Positions 8,998 to 17,040 of a stretch of DNA of 64,000 nucleotides are shown here, one piece after another; the stretch's first letter is position 1, and every line of letters starts with the position of its first letter. Position numbers and translations under genes: made by a program. Location: positions 192,691 to 256,690 of the forward strand of contig JBAZTY010000001.1 of NCBI GenBank assembly GCA_041661685.1, in the 5' to 3' direction. The notes below the pieces were generated by a model. That model made no database searches. It was not told the origin of the DNA and saw nothing but the letters and a program-made list of their open reading frames with translations. This stretch comes from Patescibacteria group bacterium. Its GTDB lineage: Bacteria; Patescibacteriota; Patescibacteriia; Patescibacteriales; UBA12465.

Positions 8998-9114
8998 CAC
9001 TACCAATTCTACAGCCGTAAAGGCCGAGACTTAGTGAACACCGGGCAAATAGCTTGACATAAGGGTTATCTTTTGTTAAACTATAGTTAACTTTATTTAT
9101 TAAATAAAAAATAT

Positions 9115-9330
9115 ATGGAAAGTCTGATTGCTTTAAAAGATTTACGACTTAATATGGATAAATATGCCACCGAAGTAAAGGCTGGCAAATCTTTTATTGT
9201 TTTAAAACAAAGCAAGCCTATCTTTAAATTAAGCCCTATTGATGAAGATAATAGCTGGGAAGAGGTTATTAACTTCGCTAAAATTAAAAAGGGTGGCGTT
9301 AATATTGATGAACTTTTAGCTGTTTTATAA
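9115..9330 (+). CDS. Type II antitoxin, Phd/YefM-like
   Basis: 71 aa. The N-terminus (LIALKDLRLNMDKYATEVKAGKSFIVLKQSKPIFKLSP) fits the Phd/YefM pattern. A toxin-like ORF follows 4 nt downstream. Confidence 0.6.
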   Translation: MESLIALKDLRLNMDKYATEVKAGKSFIVLKQSKPIFKLSPIDEDNSWEEVINFAKIKKGGVNIDELLAVL

Positions 9331-9334
9331 TATT

Positions 9335-9580
9335 ATGGATAAAATTGCTAAAGCGTTAAAAAATTTATCATCTAAAGAAAGAGAAATAATAAAGGCCATT
9401 CTTTTAAAAATAAAAAAAGGTTCTTTGTCTGGGTTTGATTTAAAAAAACTAAAAAATTGCGATGATATTTTTCGTATTAGAAGGGGAAAATTAAGAATTA
9501 TTTTTAAAAAGCTAGAAGATGGTCAATATTTCATTTTGACTATTGAGAGAAGATCGGACAAGACCTATAATAATTATTAA
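9335..9580 (+). CDS. Type II toxin, RelE/ParE family
   Basis: 81 aa. The C-terminal FRIRRGKLRIIFKKLEDGQYFILTIERRSDKTY is a typical RelE/ParE core. Confidence 0.65.
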   Translation: MDKIAKALKNLSSKEREIIKAILLKIKKGSLSGFDLKKLKNCDDIFRIRRGKLRIIFKKLEDGQYFILTIERRSDKTYNNY

Positions 9581-9649
9581 ATAACCGTTTCAACTATCCC
9601 AACCTCGGCGTCAGCATTAAAAACAGGTTCATTACGGCCTGTTTTTGTT

Positions 9650-10186
9650 TTGTTATTATGGTATAATAAAAACATGAAATTAATAAAAATTATACAATTT
9701 AAAGATTTAAAGCCGGAAGATATTGAAAAATTTGAAGTTCGCAGAGCGGCTAGAGCCGTGGTTTTTGATAATGATAAAAATATAGGAATTTTATATGTTG
9801 GTAAATATAATTATCATAAGCTGCCAGGCGGTGGTCTTGAGGGCGACGAAAGCATTGAAGAAGCTCTAAAAAGAGAATGTTTAGAAGAAATTGGTTGTAA
9901 TATAGAAATATTCGAGGAGCTTGGAGAAATCATTGAATATAGGGATGAATGGTTACTGAAGCAGCATTCCTATTGTTATTTAGCTAATATGGTCGGAGAT
10001 AAGGGTAGGCCAGACTTTACTCAGAAAGAAATAGAAACTGGGTTTGAAATAAAATGGGTATCGCTAGAGGAGGCTATTAAATTATTAGAAAATGATAAGC
10101 CCGAAGATTATGAGGGCGGATTTATACAAATAAGAGATGGCCGCTTTTTAAAAGAAGCGGAGAAGTTTTTAAATAAAATATTATGA
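9650..10186 (+). CDS. NUDIX hydrolase (probable true start ATG 9674)
   Basis: Nudix box GGGLEGDESIEEALKRECLEEIGC. TGGTATAAT at 9659-9667 lies 6 nt before ATG 9674, so the track start at 9650 is probably spurious. Confidence 0.8.
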   Translation: MLLWYNKNMKLIKIIQFKDLKPEDIEKFEVRRAARAVVFDNDKNIGILYVGKYNYHKLPGGGLEGDESIEEALKRECLEEIGCNIEIFEELGEIIEYRDEWLLKQHSYCYLANMVGDKGRPDFTQKEIETGFEIKWVSLEEAIKLLENDKPEDYEGGFIQIRDGRFLKEAEKFLNKIL

Positions 10187-10458
10187 AAAAAGAACAAATA
10201 ATAAAAAATAATAGTATTGCGGTTTACCAAGCAAAAAATGGGGCTATTGAGTTAAGAGCTGACTCTAAAACGGAGACAGTTTGGGCTACTCAGGATAAAG
10301 GCTCAGCCGCCAAAGCTTTAGCTAAAGTTGGGGCGACTTCTTATTTCGGCGTCTTAACTCGTACCGCTTTAGCTGAGTTTCAAGCCCAGGCAGGCATTAG
10401 CCCGGCCTCGGGAAATTTTGGACCAATAACTCGGGCTTATTTAAGTAAACATTATTAA
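10183..10458 (+). pseudogene. Chimeric ORF: RhuM-like N-terminal fragment fused to the C-terminal part of a peptidoglycan-binding (PG_binding_1-like) domain
   Basis: Residues 1-37 (IAVYQAKNGAIELRADSKTETVWATQ) look like the start of RhuM-family proteins. The rest (FGVLTRTALAEFQAQAGISPASGNFGPITRAYL) looks like the end of a PG-binding domain. The junction near nt 10294 coincides with the composition shift. Confidence 0.5.
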
Positions 10459-10480
10459 TAATCGCTTTCATTAATGAGAG

Positions 10481-10924
10481 GTGTTTTTTTATTTTATGGA
10501 CAAAATAGCACTTTTTGTGCTATTTTTATTATATAAAATTAATTGTAAAATTATGAAAGAAAATAATAATAAGTTCATCTATTGGGCGCCGCGGATCTTA
10601 TCGATTATCTTTATATTGTTTTTGGCTATGTTCTCCCTAGATGTCTTCGGTACAGGGCTAGGTTTTTGGGCAACGGCGGAAGCGCTATTTATGCATAATC
10701 TTCCGGCGCTTATCTTGCTAGTTGTTCTCTTGATTTCTTGGAAGTACGAGATAGTCGGAGGGATCGCCTTTATTTTAGCCGGAGTAGCATATATTTCAAT
10801 GCTGCTGCTAAACGTCGGCCGATTCGAATGGTATGCGTTGTCTTATTCTCTAATTATCGCCGGCCCCGCGTTTTTTATTGGGATTCTGTTTCTTATCGAT
10901 TGGCGCCGGAAAAAGATTAATTAA
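10481..10924 (+). CDS. Integral membrane protein, unknown function (possible start ATG 10553)
   Basis: Four hydrophobic helices. No recognisable motif. Confidence 0.5.
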   Translation: MFFYFMDKIALFVLFLLYKINCKIMKENNNKFIYWAPRILSIIFILFLAMFSLDVFGTGLGFWATAEALFMHNLPALILLVVLLISWKYEIVGGIAFILAGVAYISMLLLNVGRFEWYALSYSLIIAGPAFFIGILFLIDWRRKKIN

Positions 10925-10941
10925 TAAATTTTATAAAATGC

Positions 10942-11505
10942 ATGTCTCTTAAAACCGTTAAGCAAATAAAAGAAAAGATAAAAAATGAATGTTATGATTC
11001 CGGACATATTAATTCTTGGTTTTACAATAATCATTTATTGGCCGTAGAAAAATATGCGAATTTTTTACTAAAAAAATTACCAAAAGCTAATTCAGAAATA
11101 GTTTTATTGGGCGTCTGGCTGCACGACGCCCAAAAAGTTCGGGGGACAAAAGGCGATCATCAAAAAGCCGGAGCGATTGAAGCTAGAAAAATAATGTTGG
11201 AATACGATTATTCTCCCGATATGATAAAAAAAGTTCAAAACATCATTCTCACCCATAGTTGCGGCAGCTCCAGGCCAGACACGTTAGAGGGAAAAATTTT
11301 AGCGACGGCGGATGCTATGTCGCACTATGTAAATGATTTTTATTTACAGATAGCGATAAGAGAGCGAAGAAGTCTCGCCGATTTCAAATTATGGGCACTA
11401 GAAAAATTAAATCGGGATTTTAATAAAAAGATGTTTTTTCCATTCGCTAAAAAGGAGATAAAGGAAAGGCATGCGATCTTAATGAAGTTATTTACGATGA
11501 AATAG
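10942..11505 (+). CDS. HD-domain phosphohydrolase
   Basis: H...HD pattern (GVWLHDAQK), with downstream LTHS and ATADAMSH. Confidence 0.7.
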   Translation: MSLKTVKQIKEKIKNECYDSGHINSWFYNNHLLAVEKYANFLLKKLPKANSEIVLLGVWLHDAQKVRGTKGDHQKAGAIEARKIMLEYDYSPDMIKKVQNIILTHSCGSSRPDTLEGKILATADAMSHYVNDFYLQIAIRERRSLADFKLWALEKLNRDFNKKMFFPFAKKEIKERHAILMKLFTMK

Positions 11506-11575
11506 AACTATAAAGTATCGATTATATTCCGTATTTCTAAGAAAATAAATAAAAGCATTAAATAATATTAAATTT

Positions 11576-12472
11576 ATGTATCAAAAAAATGAAGGAATGC
11601 TCGATCGATTGATTCGAGCAATATTAGCAGAAGCATTTTTTCTCTTAGCTTGGTTCTGGCTAGGCGGCGCGGTGCAGATAATTTCATATGTCTTGAGTTT
11701 TTTGATGGCCTTGACGGCGACCATGGGATTCTGTGGTTTATACAAAGTATTAAGTTTCAAGACTAACAAGAAAAGCCTTAAATCCCCAAAAATAATATTC
11801 AGCGTTTTTGTTGTTGTATTTTTAGCTATCGCGATTGCCGGCAGCTATTATAGCAGTTTCTTCACAAGAAAAATATTTCTTGAGGATTATAATTTGATGA
11901 ATAATTATTATAAGCAAGCACTATTTAATACCGGACAAGAAAAAAGATTGGAATCAATCGCGAATTATGACGCGTTAGCTGTCGAATATGCTAGTTTTTC
12001 TAGAAAATACACTAGCTATCATCCGCAAGTAATTTCCAGGGATAAGAATTTTAACTCAGACTTGATGAAAGTTTCTTTGTTGATTACCGGTCTCAGGGAT
12101 AAGGTCTACATGGGGGATTTGAAAGAGGCTCATGCTAATTTTGAAGAAGTCCGCCCGATATTCCAAGATATTTTGAAACGTAATGGTTTTTCTATGCTTG
12201 CCGTCTATTTAGTGGATTTTCACGATTCCATGGAGAAGGTGATTGCCGAGGCTGATAATAAAAATCCGGGCGGGGTTATAGAAACTTACGCCGAGGCTAA
12301 CGGAAAGCTTATGTTGGTTGAAGAGGCGGCGAACGACGATGAAATTAAAACTATCCGGAATAATCTGGAGGCATTACTAGGCTTAGCACAAGCGGGCAAT
12401 AAAGAAGACTTGTCGGCTAGGGCGGCTGAATTAAAAAGCAGCTTCGTGAAAGTCTATTTGAAAAGAGGGTAA
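11576..12472 (+). CDS. Membrane protein with N-terminal DUF2892 (YgaP-like) segment and a helical C-terminal domain
   Basis: MLDRLIRAILAEAFFLLAW...GFCGLYKVL resembles DUF2892. A third TM and a soluble helical region follow. Confidence 0.5.
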   Translation: MYQKNEGMLDRLIRAILAEAFFLLAWFWLGGAVQIISYVLSFLMALTATMGFCGLYKVLSFKTNKKSLKSPKIIFSVFVVVFLAIAIAGSYYSSFFTRKIFLEDYNLMNNYYKQALFNTGQEKRLESIANYDALAVEYASFSRKYTSYHPQVISRDKNFNSDLMKVSLLITGLRDKVYMGDLKEAHANFEEVRPIFQDILKRNGFSMLAVYLVDFHDSMEKVIAEADNKNPGGVIETYAEANGKLMLVEEAANDDEIKTIRNNLEALLGLAQAGNKEDLSARAAELKSSFVKVYLKRG

Positions 12473-12501
12473 TTATCCATGATTTAAAGTTTAAGTAATC
12501 T

Positions 12502-12855
12502 ATGTCTATACTCTTGAAGAATCTTTTTAAATTTTTCAGCTCGATCCTGCGGGGCATGAAAGATGCTAAGTTCCGCAGCCTCTTGTTTTTCGTGCTAGTC
12601 ATTCTTTTTATCGGCACCTTCTTCTATCATAAGGTAGAAGGCTGGCGCTGGCTGGATTCTTTTTATTTCAGTTCCATATCTTTAACTACCGTCGGTTATG
12701 GCGATATAACCCCCAAGACGGATATCGGAAAAATATTTACAGTTTTCTATATATTCTCAGGCGTCGGAGTGATTCTCGGCTTCATAACTTCGGTAGCCAA
12801 CAAGGCTCATGAAAAGAACATAACTGAAGATTTGATTGATAAAAGACGCGGTTAG
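12502..12855 (+). CDS. Two-TM potassium channel (KcsA-like pore only)
   Basis: Selectivity filter TTVGYGD flanked by two TM helices. 117 aa. Confidence 0.85.
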   Translation: MSILLKNLFKFFSSILRGMKDAKFRSLLFFVLVILFIGTFFYHKVEGWRWLDSFYFSSISLTTVGYGDITPKTDIGKIFTVFYIFSGVGVILGFITSVANKAHEKNITEDLIDKRRG

Positions 12856-13056
12856 TTTGTCAATAAAGTGTTACAGCATTGCCGGCCTGTCTATCGGAGT
12901 TTTCCGGGGTGGCAAAAGGATCTTAGCGGCTGTGCTGATTGTGAAAGCCTGCCGCTTGAACTCAAGAAAATCCTTGAATTTGTAATGAGCCGCACCGGAA
13001 TAAAACTAAGAATGATCTCGATCTGACCGGATCGCGAGGAAACCATCTTTCTTTAA
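12856..13056 (+). pseudogene. purA: Relic of the C-terminus of adenylosuccinate synthetase
   Basis: The frame open from 12856 reads ..CRPVYRSFPGWQKDLSGCADCESLPLELKKILEFVMSRTGIKLRMISI*PDREETIFL*. This matches the conserved PurA C-terminus (PVYExxPGW...LPxxAxxYxxxIEExxGxPIxxISxGPDRxxTI), with TGA in place of the conserved Gly codon. The preceding ~370 codons are absent. Confidence 0.65.
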
Positions 13057-13065
13057 ATAATCTAT

Positions 13066-13096
13066 AAAAGAGCGACCTAAAATCGCTCTTTTTTAT
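13066..13096 (+). terminator. Rho-independent terminator retained after the purA relic
   Basis: AAAGAGCGA-cctaaaa-TCGCTCTTT followed by a T-run. Confidence 0.7.
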
Positions 13097-13186
13097 TTGT
13101 CTGAGACCGCCTTGAGCGTTTTCAATTATAGCTGATATAGGATATAATAGGAATAAATTATAAGATAAGCTCTAACGCTTGAAATT

Positions 13187-13702
13187 ATGAAATTAATAAT
13201 CTTTAACGGCAGTTCTTGTTCCGGAAAAAGCACCATTATCAAGAATATCATGAAGCAGAAGGATCATTTCTACCATCTGTCATACGACCTATTGCGCTGG
13301 TCTTTTTCTAATTATCGCTCAGAAACTCATTATGAAGACGTCCGCAAAGTAGTTCTCGCTGTCGCGGAGGCTGTCTTTAAGATGAAGTATGACGTCGTCT
13401 CTGAGATATTATATGCAGAACAGCGCCAGAAGCTGATCGATCTCGCCGTTAAGCATAGTTATGAAATATTAGAAATAAATCTGGAGGCAGATTTCGAGGT
13501 GCTAGCGGAAAGATTTGACGAAAGAGTAGCAAAAGCTTTGGCGACGCCAGTGGCGGAAAGGCGGATATCTAACCTATCAAAAGAGAGGTTCAAGGAGTTA
13601 TTCGATATATTCCATCGAGAGAAGAATTCTTCGGCTGTCACTTTCAGAACAGACAGGCAGAGTATAGAAGAGATCTCCGAGAATATAATGAAGCTTTTAT
13701 AA
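13187..13702 (+). CDS. P-loop kinase (AAA_33 / chloramphenicol-phosphotransferase-like fold)
   Basis: The N-terminal Walker A sits right at the start (IIFNGSSCSGKST). 171 aa. Confidence 0.55.
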   Translation: MKLIIFNGSSCSGKSTIIKNIMKQKDHFYHLSYDLLRWSFSNYRSETHYEDVRKVVLAVAEAVFKMKYDVVSEILYAEQRQKLIDLAVKHSYEILEINLEADFEVLAERFDERVAKALATPVAERRISNLSKERFKELFDIFHREKNSSAVTFRTDRQSIEEISENIMKLL

Positions 13703-13713
13703 TATTTTTAAAT

Positions 13714-14616
13714 ATGGATTACAAAAAGAAGCGTGTATATCTATTTATTGCGGCCTCAGCCGTCTTGGCTATAGCGGCTAGCCTTTTGATGAATCGATAC
13801 TTATTCGAGTCTAAAGAACCATTTTTAGCAGTCTCGGAGAATAATGCGAATATCGATAGTCTTCCCGAAACAAAGCCTAGCGACGATATCAGCGATAAAT
13901 CTGATCTGATAAGAATAAATAACTTTATTTCCGGCCAAGCCATCCAAAATCCTTTAGTTATCGAAGGGGAGGCGCGGGGTAATTGGTTTTTTGAAGCTAG
14001 TTTTCCGATTAAGCTCTATGACGAAAACGGTCGGTTGATAGGCATGGCAATCGCTCAAGCGCAACAGGATTGGATGACGACAGATTTTGTGCCTTTCAAG
14101 GCCAAACTAGAATTCGAGGCGACTACGAGCGCGGGCGGCGTTCTAGTCTTAGAAAAAGATAATCCTTCCGGCTTGCCCGAGAATTCTGATCAACTGAGCC
14201 TGCCGATAACCTTTTCTGCGATTCCCGAGAAGGCTAAGATAAAAGTATTTTTTAGTAATGATAAACTCGATCCAGAAGTTACTTGTAATCTGGTTTTTCC
14301 AGCAGAAAGGGAAGTCATTAAGACCCCGGCTATCGCTCGGGCTGCTTTAACGGAACTTCTATCAGGAGCGACCCCGTCGGAAAAAGAGGCTGGGTTTATT
14401 TCCAGCATCAACCCCGGCGTTAAGATTCAAAGTTTAACTATTGAAAATGGAGCAGCTAAAGTTGATTTTGATGAACAACTAGAAGCACAGATAGGGGGTT
14501 CCTGCAAAGTGGCGGCTATCAGAGCTCAAATCACTGAGACTTTAAAGCAGTTTCCGAGCGTAAAGAGCGTTATCATCTCTATCAATGGCCGCAGTGAAGA
14601 CATTCTTCAGCCCTAA
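13714..14616 (+). CDS. Membrane-anchored protein with Gmad2 Ig-like and GerMN domains
   Basis: N-terminal TM. IQNPLVIEGEARGNWFFEASFPIKLYDENG is the Gmad2 pattern. The C-terminal part (KVFFSN...TPAIARAALTELLSG...VKSVIISINGRS) is the GerMN pattern. Confidence 0.65.
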   Translation: MDYKKKRVYLFIAASAVLAIAASLLMNRYLFESKEPFLAVSENNANIDSLPETKPSDDISDKSDLIRINNFISGQAIQNPLVIEGEARGNWFFEASFPIKLYDENGRLIGMAIAQAQQDWMTTDFVPFKAKLEFEATTSAGGVLVLEKDNPSGLPENSDQLSLPITFSAIPEKAKIKVFFSNDKLDPEVTCNLVFPAEREVIKTPAIARAALTELLSGATPSEKEAGFISSINPGVKIQSLTIENGAAKVDFDEQLEAQIGGSCKVAAIRAQITETLKQFPSVKSVIISINGRSEDILQP

Positions 14617-14715
14617 TTAGCGTAGACTTATTGACAATAATCCAAAAAACTTGAGAATATCGTTGGATTATGTTAAGATATAGAAGCTAATTCACTAAAA
14701 TAATTCCCGCTTTTC

Positions 14716-14922
14716 ATGTTTAATGAAAAGATGGGAATTCAACTATCTATGGAAAAGCCGCTTGAAGATTTCGTTTCACACGATAGGAAGAGCTTTGAAT
14801 GGAAATTAGGCAAGAGGTTGGCTTCGTCTTTGTCCGGGTTTATTGCCGGCATTATCGTGGCCGCTATCTTTTTTCTGACCATCTTCGATCTGACATTTAA
14901 GGGTAATAACCTTGGTTTCTAA
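14716..14922 (+). CDS. Small single-TM protein, hypothetical
   Basis: 68 aa with one hydrophobic helix (FIAGIIVAAIFFLTIF). Supported by the ORF only. Confidence 0.3.
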   Translation: MFNEKMGIQLSMEKPLEDFVSHDRKSFEWKLGKRLASSLSGFIAGIIVAAIFFLTIFDLTFKGNNLGF

Positions 14923-14931
14923 ATAAAAAAT

Positions 14932-15432
14932 ATGAAAAAGACATTCAAAGTAGTTATCGGCCTCATTCTGGCCGTTTTGGCTGTTATCGCTCTGGTAGCG
15001 ATAGCAGGAATGTATAAGTTTAACTTTAATAAGGATACCCACGTGCAGCCCGAAGTAAAATCCGTCTCGGGAAACCAGGCAGCCAATGATCAATTAGTGG
15101 AAACAGCCGCGCCAGTGCAGATGGCTAATCCAGCTTCGACTAATTGCGTGAATCAGGGAGGCAAGTTAGAGATTGAAACGCGCGGCGATGGCGGGCAATA
15201 CGGCTTATGCTATTTTGAAGATAATCGGGCTTGCGAAGAATGGGCACTCATGCGCGGCGATTGCCCGGTGGGTGGAAGAAGAACCACTGGATTTGATACG
15301 ATTGATCAAAAATATTGCGCTTGGCTCGGAGGCGATACCTACGCTATGCCTGATTCAATCTGCACTTTCAAGGATGGATCGAAATGCTCAACTATCGACT
15401 TCTATAATGGCAAATGTCCGGCGGCGCTGTAA
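14932..15432 (+). CDS. DUF333 domain protein (putative hemolysin-like), membrane anchored
   Basis: N-terminal TM, then MANPASTNCVNQGGKLEIETRGDGGQYGLCYFEDNRACEEWALMRGDCP, the DUF333 signature. A second, degenerate copy follows. Confidence 0.7.
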   Translation: MKKTFKVVIGLILAVLAVIALVAIAGMYKFNFNKDTHVQPEVKSVSGNQAANDQLVETAAPVQMANPASTNCVNQGGKLEIETRGDGGQYGLCYFEDNRACEEWALMRGDCPVGGRRTTGFDTIDQKYCAWLGGDTYAMPDSICTFKDGSKCSTIDFYNGKCPAAL

Positions 15433-15476
15433 TTATAATCTGAGAGAATTATCAGCTAAATTAAAAACCCTCTGTT

Positions 15477-16298
15477 CTATTCAGAGGGTTTTAAGTTTTC
15501 TACTGCTTCTTTGATAAGCTGGCGAAGCTCGTCGCTTTGAACGACGGCTGTTTCCCAGCTATAATCTTCTTGATAAAATTTGCTGACATTCAAGGGTTTT
15601 CCGATAATCATCCGGCCGCGATGTCCGCCCATGCTGATGTGCAGATTAATCTTTGAACCATGCTTGATAGGCATGATCGGCTGGATGTTTTCTAAAAGAA
15701 TCGGGACAACATAGTTCGGACGAGCCTTAATTATCGTTAAAGCCGGCCCGACTCGACATTCATTAATTTTTCCATCTCTTGTTCTAGTGCCTTCAAAAAA
15801 CACAGCTAGATTGCTTTTCGTTAGCAGATGGCAGAATTGGTTTACTTGAGCCTCTATCTTGGCTCGGCTAGCGCCGCTTCTAGATATAGGCACAGTCTTA
15901 AGCGCTTTGAAAAAAATACGTAAAAATCCGTTGTAATAAAAATTTTTACTTTCCGGGACATTGTAAGCGAATTTATTCGTATGAAAGAATACATCGCTGA
16001 AACTTAATGTTCCTAAGGCGACTAAGAATGAATCTATCAAAGTCTGATGATTAGAAAGAAATAGAATTCTTGATCCTGAGGGTATGTTTTCTCGACCGAT
16101 AATTTTTATATTATTACCTACTTTGAATACTAGAAAGGTAATAGTATAGATAATTATTCTTAAAAAATAAATAGCTAGATCGTCGAGTTTTTTTGGAGTC
16201 AAGAAAATCAAGCAGACTATCGTTATGATGATCGGCGATAGGGTTAATAGGACTAAATAAACGGAGCAGTAGAGTCCAAAATCGATTAATTTTCTCAT
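15477..16298 (-). CDS. plsC: 1-acyl-sn-glycerol-3-phosphate acyltransferase
   Basis: HX4D motif (SNHQTLIDS) and FFEGTRTRDG motif, with N-terminal TM helices. Confidence 0.8.
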   Translation of the reverse strand: MRKLIDFGLYCSVYLVLLTLSPIIITIVCLIFLTPKKLDDLAIYFLRIIIYTITFLVFKVGNNIKIIGRENIPSGSRILFLSNHQTLIDSFLVALGTLSFSDVFFHTNKFAYNVPESKNFYYNGFLRIFFKALKTVPISRSGASRAKIEAQVNQFCHLLTKSNLAVFFEGTRTRDGKINECRVGPALTIIKARPNYVVPILLENIQPIMPIKHGSKINLHISMGGHRGRMIIGKPLNVSKFYQEDYSWETAVVQSDELRQLIKEAVENLKPSE

Positions 16299-16567
16299 GA
16301 TTAAATTATTAAATTACTATAATCATTTTATCATAGATTTTATAAAAATCTATAAAAAATCCGACCTAGCGCTTTAAGTCGGATATTTTGACGGATTCTA
16401 CCCCCTCAGCGGTTTTTGGGGCATAACGGCCTTCGGAGAGATGAAAGGCGATAATGGAGCCGTTTTTAGCCTTATTCAGGACGTTTTTGACGATATCCGA
16501 GGTATTTAGGAATGATTGCCGAATTCAGTATAGGAAATATTTGGCAGAAACCAATTTTAGGGTATAA

Positions 16568-17038
16568 TTGGTTTATATGGATATTAATCAAGATTTTCTT
16601 AATTATATAAGGCCGTATCTAGCCAAACTTCAAGAAAAGATTGGAGATGATTTTGTCGTTTTCGGTTCGGCGCCGCTTTATCTGTTCGGGATAGCTGAGT
16701 TTGCGGGAAAGATTAATGATTTAGATGTAAGCGTTAAAGACTGGGCAGACATTCCTGTTGATGCCGAAGTAGTTACTTTTCATAAAGATCCTAATCAGAA
16801 ATTTTGTAAGGTTAGAATTGACGACATGGAGATTGATATAGCCTCTTTGTGGCCTGGCTGTGAGCATTTTTTTAAAGAGATTCATGATAAGCCGGTTATC
16901 GTTGATGGTTTTAAGTTTGCTAATTTAGATATAGTGGAAGAATGGAAGAGAGAAATGGTTAAAAGATATGATCGGCAGAAAGATAAGGATTATCTAGATA
17001 AGATTAAGGAGTTTAGAAGAAGGGTAATTAATAAATAA
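16568..17038 (+). CDS. Hypothetical protein, possible nucleotidyltransferase fold (probable start ATG 16577)
   Basis: FVVFGSAPLYLFG...INDLDVSV resembles a minimal NTase G-S...D-x-D pattern. TATAAT at 16563-16568 lies 8 nt before ATG 16577. Confidence 0.4.
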   Translation: MVYMDINQDFLNYIRPYLAKLQEKIGDDFVVFGSAPLYLFGIAEFAGKINDLDVSVKDWADIPVDAEVVTFHKDPNQKFCKVRIDDMEIDIASLWPGCEHFFKEIHDKPVIVDGFKFANLDIVEEWKREMVKRYDRQKDKDYLDKIKEFRRRVINK

Positions 17039-17040
17039 TT

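Noticed and set aside
10738-10920. 60-aa Arg-rich ORF inside the membrane protein gene 10481..10924.
   Set aside because: It is an off-frame ORF within a hydrophobic membrane-protein CDS, with a biased composition.
15173-15514. 113-aa + strand ORF overlapping the DUF333 gene and the plsC 3' end.
   Set aside because: It is an alternative frame of a gene with a clear DUF333 signature and runs through the bidirectional terminator. It has no motif support.
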